Shown: one piece after another, positions 36,896-45,195 of the stretch
Position numbering within the stretch: position 1 is the first letter of the stretch
How the letters are laid out: every line of letters starts with the position of its first letter
Assembly: GCA_031549625.1 (NCBI GenBank)
Contig: JAVBPK010000014.1
Span: 1 to 47,373 of the forward strand
Source of the DNA: Eubacteriales bacterium
GTDB lineage: Bacteria; Bacillota; Clostridia; Christensenellales; CAG-138
Reading direction: 5' to 3'
Length of the DNA stretch: 47,373 nt
Position numbers and translations under genes: made by a program
Notes under the pieces: generated by a model
Seen by the model: the letters and a program-made list of their open reading frames with translations, nothing else
Told to the model about the DNA's origin: nothing
The model's database searches: none

Positions 36896-38056
36896 TTATT
36901 CGACGACGATGGTGTCGATATACTGGAAGCCACCATCCTTAACGGTTTTGATGACGGCCATGTTTTTGATGGCGTCGCCGTTAGCGTCAAATTGGCAGCG
37001 GCCGGTTACGCCAACCACGTCGAGCTCGGTCAGCGCTTTTTGCAGCGCTTCGCCGTCTGTGGAACCGGCTTTTTCGATGGCTGCCACAGCGGCCATGTAA
37101 GCGTCATAGCCAAGCGCGGTCACGGCGCCTTTGGGCTTTTCGCCGTTGAACATGGCGGCATAAGCTTCCAGGAACTGGGTGCTTTCGGGCGTAGGCGCGG
37201 CGTCCGCGTCAAAGAATGTGGTGAAGCGGCAATTTTCCGTGGCTGCGCCGCCCACTTCAAACATAACCTCGGTTTCCCAGGTGTCGCCACCGAGGAAGAG
37301 GATGTCGTAGCCTAGGTCTTTTGCCTGCTTCATCATGAGGCCCGCTTCCGCGTAGCCGGAGGGCGCGAATATGACGTCGGGGTTCGCGGCCATAACGGTG
37401 GAAAGCTGCGCGGAGAAGTCCTGGTCGCCTTTGTTAAAGCGGGCTTCCGCCACGATGTTTTCCGCGCCAAAAGCTTCTACGAAATATTTCTGTAAGCCGA
37501 TGGCGTATGTGTCGGAAACGTCAACGAGCACGGCTGCCTTTTTGTAGCCCTGCTGCTTTGCGAAGTTTGCGAGCAAAGTGCCTTGGAAGTCGTCCAGGTA
37601 GCAAACGCGGAAATAGTAGGGGTTATCCTTTGTTACCATCGGGTTTGTGCAAGACGTGCCGATAGCGGGAACCTTCGCTTCGAGGAAAGTCGGGCCTGCG
37701 GCGATACATACGGAAGAACCCCAGCTGCCGACGATGATATCGACGTTTTCAGTGTTCACAAGGCGTTCCGCCGCGGTAACGGCTTCAACGTCGTCGGATT
37801 TGTTATCCATCTCGACCAGAACGATCTTTTTGCCTAGCACTTCGCCTTTGATGGAGTGCGCGGCTTTGATTCCTTCCAGCTCCATTTGTCCGCCTGCGGC
37901 ATTGCCGCCGGTCAGAGGTTCAAAGATACCTATTTTGATGACATCGTCGCCGGAAGCGGCGCCGCCTGCGCCGGGGGTGGCGTTCTGCGAACACGCGACA
38001 AAAGAGAGGGCACAAATAAGCGTCAATGCCAGCATCGCTAGGATCTTTTTCTTCAT
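36896..38056 (-). CDS. livK: Branched-chain amino acid ABC transporter substrate-binding lipoprotein (LivJ/K-like)
   Basis: Lipobox FVAC; IKIGIFEPLTG, DNKSD, YYFRVC..DDFQG, LGGDTW; AAGGAGG RBS. Confidence 0.88.
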   Translation of the reverse strand: MKKKILAMLALTLICALSFVACSQNATPGAGGAASGDDVIKIGIFEPLTGGNAAGGQMELEGIKAAHSIKGEVLGKKIVLVEMDNKSDDVEAVTAAERLVNTENVDIIVGSWGSSVCIAAGPTFLEAKVPAIGTSCTNPMVTKDNPYYFRVCYLDDFQGTLLANFAKQQGYKKAAVLVDVSDTYAIGLQKYFVEAFGAENIVAEARFNKGDQDFSAQLSTVMAANPDVIFAPSGYAEAGLMMKQAKDLGYDILFLGGDTWETEVMFEVGGAATENCRFTTFFDADAAPTPESTQFLEAYAAMFNGEKPKGAVTALGYDAYMAAVAAIEKAGSTDGEALQKALTELDVVGVTGRCQFDANGDAIKNMAVIKTVKDGGFQYIDTIVVE

Positions 38057-38129
38057 GTGGATATCCTCCTTAATAATGTTAACCGTCCCTTATTTAAGTG
38101 TACAAGTTTGCAAGAGACGACCTGCATCT

Positions 38130-38158
38130 ATTATACACATACGGTGTGATATATTCAA
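38130..38158 (-). promoter_or_regulatory. Sigma-A promoter of the liv operon
   Basis: TTGAAT-N17-TATAAT on the minus strand. Confidence 0.7.
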
Positions 38159-38258
38159 CGCATACTAGACGCGAAACCAAGATTTATAGCCAATATATTA
38201 TCGTTGTCCGGGTATGTGCCTTTGCAATTTTTGAAATTAATTATGCAAAAACAAAATT

Positions 38259-38301
38259 TGTTGTTTTTACAACATACTTAAAAACAAAAAACGGATATAG
38301 T
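38259..38301 (+). promoter_or_regulatory. Crp/Fnr-family (HcpR-like) site with class II geometry
   Basis: TGTTG-N6-CAACA (38259-38274), centred about -41.5 if TATAGT (38296-38301) is the -10; no good -35. Confidence 0.55.
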
Positions 38302-38353
38302 AAACGCGTCGGAGTTGAAAACACAAGGGTTTCAGAACAAGGAGGAAACGAAT

Positions 38354-39082
38354 ATGGTACGCAAAATAATAAAAATAGATGAAACGGCATGCAATGGCTG
38401 CGGCCTGTGTGTGCAGGCCTGCCACGAAGGTGCGATCGGTTTGGTAGACGGCAAAGCGAAATTGTTGCGCGATGATTATTGTGATGGTTTGGGAAATTGC
38501 CTGCCTGTATGCCCCACGGGCGCTATTACGTTTGAGGAGCGGGAAGCGGCCGCGTATGACGAAGCTGCGGTGCAAAGTGCGGCGCAAAGCGCGGCAAAAG
38601 AGGAAAAACGGGAGCCGCTGCCGTGTGGCTGCCCGGGCAAGCATGCCCACGCGATACAGCGGCAGGAAAAGCCGGAAGCGGCAAAAAGCGCGCCCAAAGA
38701 AGCGGAAGCCGCGCAAAGCGAATTGATGCAGTGGCCGGTGCAGATCAAGCTGGTGCCGGTGAACGCGCCGTATTTTCAAGGCGCAAACTTGCTGATAGCG
38801 GCGGATTGCACGGCATACGCCTATGCCGGTTTCCACGCGCAGTTTATAAAGAATCACATCACAGTCATAGGCTGCCCCAAACTGGATGAAGGGGATTACG
38901 CCGAAAAACTGACGGAAATATTGCGCTTAAACGACATCAAGAGTGTAACGGTTGTGCGCATGCAAGTCCCCTGCTGCGGCGGGCTGGCAAACGCGGCGGT
39001 AACGGCGCTGAAAAATTGCGGCAAAATGATCCCTTGGCAGGTAAAAACCATCACAACCGACGGCAGCATTCTGGAGGACTAA
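38354..39082 (+). CDS. 4Fe-4S dicluster ferredoxin-domain protein with a Cys-rich C-domain
   Basis: CNGCGLCVQAC, CDGLGNCLPVCP; WPVQIKL, AADC, GCPKLD, VPCCGG; AAGGAGG RBS. Confidence 0.88.
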   Translation: MVRKIIKIDETACNGCGLCVQACHEGAIGLVDGKAKLLRDDYCDGLGNCLPVCPTGAITFEEREAAAYDEAAVQSAAQSAAKEEKREPLPCGCPGKHAHAIQRQEKPEAAKSAPKEAEAAQSELMQWPVQIKLVPVNAPYFQGANLLIAADCTAYAYAGFHAQFIKNHITVIGCPKLDEGDYAEKLTEILRLNDIKSVTVVRMQVPCCGGLANAAVTALKNCGKMIPWQVKTITTDGSILED

Positions 39083-39090
39083 AGCGGCGC

Positions 39091-39903
39091 TCAGAGCCCC
39101 ATGCGGTAGATGCGGTTGGCGTTTTCGAAGAAGACCTTGGAGTGATGCGCCTCGGGGATGATGCCCGCTATAATGTCTATGTTCGCTTGCAGGTTGACAA
39201 GCGGCCAGTCGGTGCCAAACAGCAGCTTGTCGTACCGCCCCAAAAAGCCGAGCCACGCGCGCAGCTGCACAAGGTAGCCGCTGTCCCGCAAGAGGGCGTC
39301 GGCGTCGGGTTTGCCTTCAAACAGCCCGGAAAGGTCCGCGGCCACATTCTCGTTTTTCATAATCACGGCCGCGGCGTCAGGAAGCCAGGGGTTCCCAAAG
39401 TGGCACATGATGAATTGTACGGCAGGGTAGCGCACGGCGAGTTCGTCAAGCGTCAGCGGGTGAGCGTATTTCAGCAAAGACTGGCTGTTGGCGGTGATGC
39501 CGGTGTGGATGGCGATGGGTATGTTGTACTGTTGCGCAAGCTCGTACACGGGCGTATAGGCAACGTCGGTCACGTAAAAGGGGTCGTATCCCGGGTAAAG
39601 CTTGATGCCCGCGCATTGTGGGGCTTGCATATGTTTTTCCAAAAGAGGCATGGCCGCGGGCAGTGCCTCTTTTGGCGTTTCGCGCAGCGACACGCCCACG
39701 CAGTAGCGAAGGAATGGCGGGTAAATGTGCCGGTCAAGCGCAAAATTGCCGTTGCCCATCACAATGCCGCCGGCTATGCCAAGCGCCTGATATTGCGCCA
39801 GCAGATGTTCCGCCGTGTTTTCGTGCGAGGCGGCTTGGGCGATGGCGTTGAAGTAGGGATTGCCTGCGTTAAAATGCATATGCGCATCGATGATCTTCAT
39901 CAT
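39091..39903 (-). CDS. Amidohydrolase_2-family metal-dependent hydrolase
   Basis: IDAHMH, GIKLYPGY, IHTG, CHFGNP, LFGTDWP. Confidence 0.88.
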   Translation of the reverse strand: MMKIIDAHMHFNAGNPYFNAIAQAASHENTAEHLLAQYQALGIAGGIVMGNGNFALDRHIYPPFLRYCVGVSLRETPKEALPAAMPLLEKHMQAPQCAGIKLYPGYDPFYVTDVAYTPVYELAQQYNIPIAIHTGITANSQSLLKYAHPLTLDELAVRYPAVQFIMCHFGNPWLPDAAAVIMKNENVAADLSGLFEGKPDADALLRDSGYLVQLRAWLGFLGRYDKLLFGTDWPLVNLQANIDIIAGIIPEAHHSKVFFENANRIYRMGL

Positions 39904-40088
39904 ACACTTCCTTAAAGCTGGGTATCTGTATTTGCGCGTATTATATCAAAAGCGGCATAAAGCTGTAAAGAAGGCGGGCTATGGCTTTACAGGGGACGGT
40001 ATGGCGGCTACAATACATATAGCGGCCGCCCGGGTTATAGGCGGCTGCGCAGCATCCACTGTCGTAAAAAAAGCGGGAGGAAACGAGC

Positions 40089-41300
40089 ATGGAAATAAAT
40101 CTGCTTATTTGCACGGAGTGCGGCGTAGAGCATCCCATAGAGGAGGCGCATATCCGATGCCGGGCGTGCGGCGGCGCGCTGGAGCTGCCGCTGGTACGCG
40201 GGGCGGACATAGGCCGCGCATACACGTTTGGCGTGCCGCTGTTTAGCTGGTATCGCAGCTTTTTTCCATATTTCCCGGATTATAGCGTGCTGGATATGGG
40301 CGAAGGCTTTACGCCGCTTTTGGACATGCCGGAACTGGCGGATGAAACGGGCGCGGATGTGTTGTTTGTCAAAAACGAAACGGTTAACCCCACATGGTCG
40401 TTTAAGGACAGGGGGACGGCGGCGGGCATACGCCGTGCGCTGCAGCTGGGCTATAGTGCGGTTGGCGCGGTGTCCTCCGGCAATATGGCGCTTTCCGTGG
40501 CGGCGTATGGAGCAAGGGCGGGAATGAAGACGTTCTTATTTGTTCCCGAAAATATAGACGAAGAAAAGCTGGCGCCCATTTTGCTGTATGGCCCCACGCT
40601 CATAAAAGTAAGCGGCGATCTTGCCGCTCTATACGAAGAGAGCCTGCGCATAGGACGGGAATTGGGCATCTACTTCCTGAATGCGGATGAACCGTTTCGC
40701 GTGGAAGGATATAAAACGCTGGCTTACGAAATTTGTGAGCAATTGCGTTTCGATGTGCCGGATTATGTCGTGATACCGACGAGCGCGGGCGGCCATATAC
40801 GCGGCGTACTGAAGGGCTTTTTGGAGATGCGCGAAAGCGGCCTGATCGGAAAGCTGCCGCGCCTTGTTGCTGTCCAGCCGGAGGGCTGCGCGCCCATAGC
40901 CAACGCGTTTACAGTCGGCGCGCGGCGTATACAGCGCGTGGAACACCCGTCCACCATCGCCCACGCCATACAAAACCCCTTCCCGCCGAGCGGCAATGCC
41001 ACGCTCAAGGCGCTGTACGAAACCGATGGCCTCTGCCTTACGGTGACAGACCAGGAGATGCTGCAATCCCAGCGGGAACTGGCGCGCGGCGGCTTGTTTA
41101 TGCAGCCGGAGTCGGCGGCAGCGCACGCAGCGGTAAAGCGCATGGGGCAAGAAGGCGTGTTCGCGGGCAAAGAACGTGTGGTAGCGGTGGCCACGTCCAG
41201 CGGTTTCAAATACACATCCATATTGCACGGGCAACAAGCGGCGGTGCAGCAAGCAACGCTGGAAACGCTGCAGCAATGCGTGGCGGATCGCATGAAATAA
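40089..41300 (+). CDS. thrC: Threonine synthase-family PLP enzyme (paralog 2)
   Basis: CxxC..CxxC; NPTWSFKDR, SSGNMA, EGYKTLAYEI, QPESAA; GGAGG RBS. Confidence 0.8.
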   Translation: MEINLLICTECGVEHPIEEAHIRCRACGGALELPLVRGADIGRAYTFGVPLFSWYRSFFPYFPDYSVLDMGEGFTPLLDMPELADETGADVLFVKNETVNPTWSFKDRGTAAGIRRALQLGYSAVGAVSSGNMALSVAAYGARAGMKTFLFVPENIDEEKLAPILLYGPTLIKVSGDLAALYEESLRIGRELGIYFLNADEPFRVEGYKTLAYEICEQLRFDVPDYVVIPTSAGGHIRGVLKGFLEMRESGLIGKLPRLVAVQPEGCAPIANAFTVGARRIQRVEHPSTIAHAIQNPFPPSGNATLKALYETDGLCLTVTDQEMLQSQRELARGGLFMQPESAAAHAAVKRMGQEGVFAGKERVVAVATSSGFKYTSILHGQQAAVQQATLETLQQCVADRMK

Positions 41301-41411
41301 TTACGCTTGTAAAAATAGGTCGCTTGGGTGTGCAGCCCAAACGTTTGCCGGAGGGCTTGAATGCTGCTCCCCCGCAGGGAGCAGGGCGGCTTCTCCCCCG
41401 CATCGGAAGAA

Positions 41412-42842
41412 TCAATATCCAATAGCCACTGCAAACAGCAAAATCGCCGCGGTGAGCGCCAATACGGCGGCTTGTAATTTCCATGTCCATTTCAGCCATT
41501 TTATGTAACTGACGCCGGCGAGGCTGAGTGAAATAAGCAGCACCGCGTTGGTGGGGTAAAACATATTCGTATAGCCGTCGCCAAAGCAAAAAGCAAGCAC
41601 GGCGGATTGCCGCGTGATGCCGACGAGAGGGGCAAGAGGCGCCACGATAGGCATAATCAGCGCCGCCTTTGCGGAGCCGGAGCCGATAAAAAATTGCAAC
41701 ACAAGCACGAATGCGTAAAGTATCAGTGCGGAACCATACGGGCCCGCGGAACGCATGCCGCTGTAGGTATAGTGCAGCAAAGTATCCATCACATGCCCGG
41801 TGACGATGATATACTTGATGCTCATGGCCATCATGATGAGGAAAAGGCCGGGCAGCACGGCAAGCATGCCTTTCAAGAAGTCGCGGCCAAGCGCGTTTGT
41901 ATAGCGGGCGGCGTGGCCGGCGAGAAGGCCGCCCAAAGTAAACACAACGGCCATGACGGCAAGCGAATAATCGCTCAAAGCGGGCATGGCTACAGAGGCC
42001 AGTATGTACAGGCCGATGAAGAGCAGGCTGGTGAGCAATATGCGTACGGCGCGTTTCGTTGGCGCGCTTTGCAGTATGGAATAGTCGAGAGTTTGGTATT
42101 GTTCCCGGCGGCGCTGGTCGTCCCCAAAGCAAAGGGAGGCGGCCGGGTCCCTTTCTATCTTTTTTGCATATCGGTATAAAAAAGCAAACAGCAACGCATA
42201 GATCAACACGAATACGACGGCGCGCAGCCAAACGCCGGAAAACACGGGCAGTCCGCTCAGCCGCTGCGCGATGCCGACGGTAAAGGGGTTAAACATGCCG
42301 GTTGCGAAGCCGAAGCCGACGGCCAGGCCGGTCAGACCAAGGCCTGTGAGGGTATCCCAGCCCAGGGAGAGCGCAAGCGCCACGCCCAGCGGCACCAGTG
42401 TAACGAGTTCTTCGAATATGCCGATGGAAGAACCAAACAGCATAAACAGAAAAGTGAGAACCCCAAGGAGAAAATATTTCCGGTGGGCATATTTTTGCAC
42501 AGCGGCGCACATGATGTAGCGCAGCACGCCGGAACGATCCAGCACGAGGAACGTGCCGCCGATGAGCAAAATAAACAGCATAATGCTGATGATAGTGGCG
42601 GCGTCAGGCGAGGCGAGCACTTCAAACGGCGCTGTAAATACGCGTAAAAAGGACATACGCGCGCCGTCAAGCGTGTGGTAGGTTTCGGGAAGCAGCGTTT
42701 CACGTCCGTCTACGATCGCGCGGTCGTAGGCGCTTTGCGGCAATACCTGCGTAAGCAGGCCGGCTAAAAGCATCAACGCCAACAGTACGGCAGCGGAGTT
42801 GAAAAAAGCCTTTTTGCCAATGCGAAAACCTTGTTCGTTCAT
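41412..42842 (-). CDS. YfcC-family (DcuC/ion-transporter superfamily) membrane transporter
   Basis: FILLIGG, NPFTVGIAQ, GSGSAKAALIMPI, FCFGDG.TNM.YPT, YIKWLKW; start uncertain. Confidence 0.85.
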   Translation of the reverse strand: MNEQGFRIGKKAFFNSAAVLLALMLLAGLLTQVLPQSAYDRAIVDGRETLLPETYHTLDGARMSFLRVFTAPFEVLASPDAATIISIMLFILLIGGTFLVLDRSGVLRYIMCAAVQKYAHRKYFLLGVLTFLFMLFGSSIGIFEELVTLVPLGVALALSLGWDTLTGLGLTGLAVGFGFATGMFNPFTVGIAQRLSGLPVFSGVWLRAVVFVLIYALLFAFLYRYAKKIERDPAASLCFGDDQRRREQYQTLDYSILQSAPTKRAVRILLTSLLFIGLYILASVAMPALSDYSLAVMAVVFTLGGLLAGHAARYTNALGRDFLKGMLAVLPGLFLIMMAMSIKYIIVTGHVMDTLLHYTYSGMRSAGPYGSALILYAFVLVLQFFIGSGSAKAALIMPIVAPLAPLVGITRQSAVLAFCFGDGYTNMFYPTNAVLLISLSLAGVSYIKWLKWTWKLQAAVLALTAAILLFAVAIGY

Positions 42843-43004
42843 GGATACTACCATCCGTTCAGGCATATTGGCGCGGCGTTCGCGCGCGGGGCAGCTCGTG
42901 AAGTGGCGGCGGAAGTTCACGTTTGCTTCGATTGCTCTTCACCATTGTAAAGGAATATCTGCTATAATAGCAACAGCAGAAACGGCAAGGCTGGAGGATA
43001 GCGC

Positions 43005-43964
43005 ATGAAAATAGGCGTCATAGGCTGTGGGCGTTGGGGAACCTTTTTAGCCTGGTATCTCAACCATATCGGCCACACGGTGTGTTTGTATGGGCGTAAA
43101 ACATCCGCGCGCATGCGTGAGCTGCAAACAAATCGCGCAAACAGCGAATTGAAAATACCGGATACCTTGAAGTTGGTGACAGACCTGCAAGAGCTCGCCG
43201 CCATGGAAATGCTTGTGGTGTCCATCGGGTCGCAAAGCCTGCGCGCCTTGTTAGGTGAAATGCGCAAGGCGGGCTTGGCGGGCAAGCCGCTGGTGCTGTG
43301 CATGAAAGGCATTGAAGAAGAAAGCTGCCTGCGGTTGAGCGAAGTGGCGGCCGCGTGTCTGCCGGAAAGCGGCGTGGCAGTGTGGTTGGGGCCGGGGCAT
43401 GTGCAGGAATTTTATGGCGGCGTACCAAATTGCATGGTCATAGATAGCCATGACGAGGTGCTGAAGCACAGATTGGTACACGCGTTTTCCAGCGATTTGA
43501 TCCGCTTTTATTACGGGCAGGATCTTTTGGGCAACGAAATAGGCGCGGCAGCAAAAAACGTAATCGGCATAGCGGCGGGCGTGTTGGACGGCCTGCGCTT
43601 GGGCACATTAAAAGGCGCGTTGATAGCGCGCGGTGCGCGGGAGATAGGGCGGCTGATTGCGGCGATGGGCGGTTCGGAGCTGTCCGCGTATGGGCTGTGC
43701 CATCTAGGGGATTATGGTGCTACAGTGTTTTCAGAATACAGCCACAACCGCATGTTTGGCGAAGCGTTTGCGCAAGGCAAGCAATACGACAAGCTTGCCG
43801 AGGGCGTGTACACGGTGCGTGCGTTGGTGCGGTTGGGTGAGCGCTATAAAGTAGAGCTGCCCATTTCGTCGGCAGTGTATCAGGCCGTACATGGCGGAGC
43901 ACCGGTGGCGGACATGGTGGAAAAGCTGTTTTCCCGCAGTTTAAAAAGCGAGTTTAACGCCTGA
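43005..43964 (+). CDS. gpsA: NAD(P)H-dependent glycerol-3-phosphate dehydrogenase
   Basis: GCGRWG Rossmann motif, KGIE, AAKNVIGIAAG, GLCHLGD, SHNR, AEG; extended -10 TGCTATAAT at 42960. Confidence 0.9.
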   Translation: MKIGVIGCGRWGTFLAWYLNHIGHTVCLYGRKTSARMRELQTNRANSELKIPDTLKLVTDLQELAAMEMLVVSIGSQSLRALLGEMRKAGLAGKPLVLCMKGIEEESCLRLSEVAAACLPESGVAVWLGPGHVQEFYGGVPNCMVIDSHDEVLKHRLVHAFSSDLIRFYYGQDLLGNEIGAAAKNVIGIAAGVLDGLRLGTLKGALIARGAREIGRLIAAMGGSELSAYGLCHLGDYGATVFSEYSHNRMFGEAFAQGKQYDKLAEGVYTVRALVRLGERYKVELPISSAVYQAVHGGAPVADMVEKLFSRSLKSEFNA

Positions 43965-43968
43965 TAAA

Positions 43969-43988
43969 CAAGGGGCCGCGGCCCCTTG
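43969..43988. terminator. Hairpin between the convergent gpsA and TetR genes
   Basis: Perfect 20-bp palindrome CAAGGGGCCGCGGCCCCTTG. Confidence 0.6.
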
Positions 43989-43997
43989 GTGCTGCAG

Positions 43998-44660
43998 TCA
44001 CTTACAATTCTGTCCGGATAAAAAGTGGGCGCGCATACCTGACAGCAACACGTGCAGATACTCTGCGAGGGCCTGCTCATAATCTGTTTGCAGGGGCTCA
44101 CTTCCCGCCGCGCGCAAGGCTTCGTCGTGCGTGCGGTTGCCGGCGAGGCGGATGGACATACCCGCCACGAAGCGCATTTGGCACCAAATAAAGTACCGTA
44201 TTAATCTCGTGTTCAGCTCGGGGAAAATCTTGCCCATGAGCTGTATCAGATCCGCGCCGTGGGCGCGAAAATCTCGAAAAGCCTCAACGGCCATTTCAAA
44301 GGGGACGTTGGGCTCAAGATCCGAAACCCAAATCGAATATAGGCCAATCATTCTCGGATACTGGTATGTGGTGTGCGCCCATATCAGGCAAAAATCATTT
44401 TCACTTTTCACATCTGTCAGCGCATCCCGGAGCGCGCTGAAATAGTCGGCATAGTCATCCATCATGACGCGCAGGTATATTTCCTCTTTTGAGCGGAAAT
44501 ATCTATACACATTTGCGCGGTCAAACGGCAAGCCGTCCGTTATCATCGAGAGCGTAATTTTGGAAAAAGGCATTTCTCCATACAGCGCAATAGCCGCATT
44601 TTTAATCTCTCGTATGCGGTAATTCTTCTGCTCGGCTGTTCTTGCTCTGATAAAGTCCAT
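43998..44660 (-). CDS. TetR/AcrR-family transcriptional regulator (probably leaderless)
   Basis: N-terminal HTH ITLSMI...RANVYRYFRSKEEIYL; no RBS; TGCTATAAT ends 6 nt before the ATG. Confidence 0.9.
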   Translation of the reverse strand: MDFIRARTAEQKNYRIREIKNAAIALYGEMPFSKITLSMITDGLPFDRANVYRYFRSKEEIYLRVMMDDYADYFSALRDALTDVKSENDFCLIWAHTTYQYPRMIGLYSIWVSDLEPNVPFEMAVEAFRDFRAHGADLIQLMGKIFPELNTRLIRYFIWCQMRFVAGMSIRLAGNRTHDEALRAAGSEPLQTDYEQALAEYLHVLLSGMRAHFLSGQNCK

Positions 44661-44727
44661 GGAACAATTATAGCATATACGGGAAGTTGCAGATAGGACA
44701 ATTATAGCATATACAGAAAGTAACAGA
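44661..44727 (-). repeat. ~34-bp tandem duplication carrying two extended -10 elements
   Basis: ACAATTATAGCATATAC exact at 44664 and 44698; GGGAAGTTGCAGA / AGAAAGTAACAGA follow. Confidence 0.8.
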
Positions 44728-44743
44728 AAATTACAGAAGGGTC

Positions 44744-44802
44744 TTTACAAGTTTGCTTGTTTAATTTATACTAATTTAAGTTACAATATGTAACTTAAAT
44801 TA
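44744..44802 (+). promoter_or_regulatory. Sigma-A promoter plus perfect palindromic operator over the predicted start site
   Basis: TTTACA(44744)-N17-TATACT(44767); TAATTTAAGTTACA-ATA-TGTAACTTAAATTA (44772-44802). Confidence 0.75.
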
Positions 44803-45195
44803 AGCGGAGAAAATCCCCCTCGAAATTGATTAAAAAAGCATTGTCCGGGTGATGACGGTTGCGGCTGCGATACCCCAAATCGGATGCGCGCCGCAGGCAA
44901 ACCACGCGCCTTCGCCGGTACAGCCGGAATTCGCCGCCAGCGCAGCCGGAGATATCTGTCGCCTCCTGTATCCCGGGTGATTACACGTCGGTTACACCCG
45001 CGCATAATGCGCCCATAACATGAAAGATTACGCACGATCAGGAAAAAATCGCGGCGACTGATGCCGTGGAAAAAAGAAACATCGGCAGCAGCATAGCGCA
45101 TTTTAACCTCCGGTCAAAAGAGGCGCCGATCTTGCACAATGTTTAGTTGTAGGAGCAATAAGTATACCAATAAAAAACAGTAGGAGGAATCAAAC

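Noticed and set aside
38225-38240. CodY box upstream of the liv operon
   Set aside because: About 5 mismatches to AATTTTCWGAAAATT; not distinguishable from AT-rich background
44890-44950. GGCAAACC suggesting a c-di-GMP-I riboswitch
   Set aside because: The GAAA-capped P2 stem and the downstream GGGACGCAAAGC segment are absent
44781-45101. 106-aa minus-strand ORF in the TetR-reductase spacer
   Set aside because: Arg-rich and without motifs, and it ends inside the operator; a GGAGG lies upstream, so it is not fully excluded, but it is unsupported
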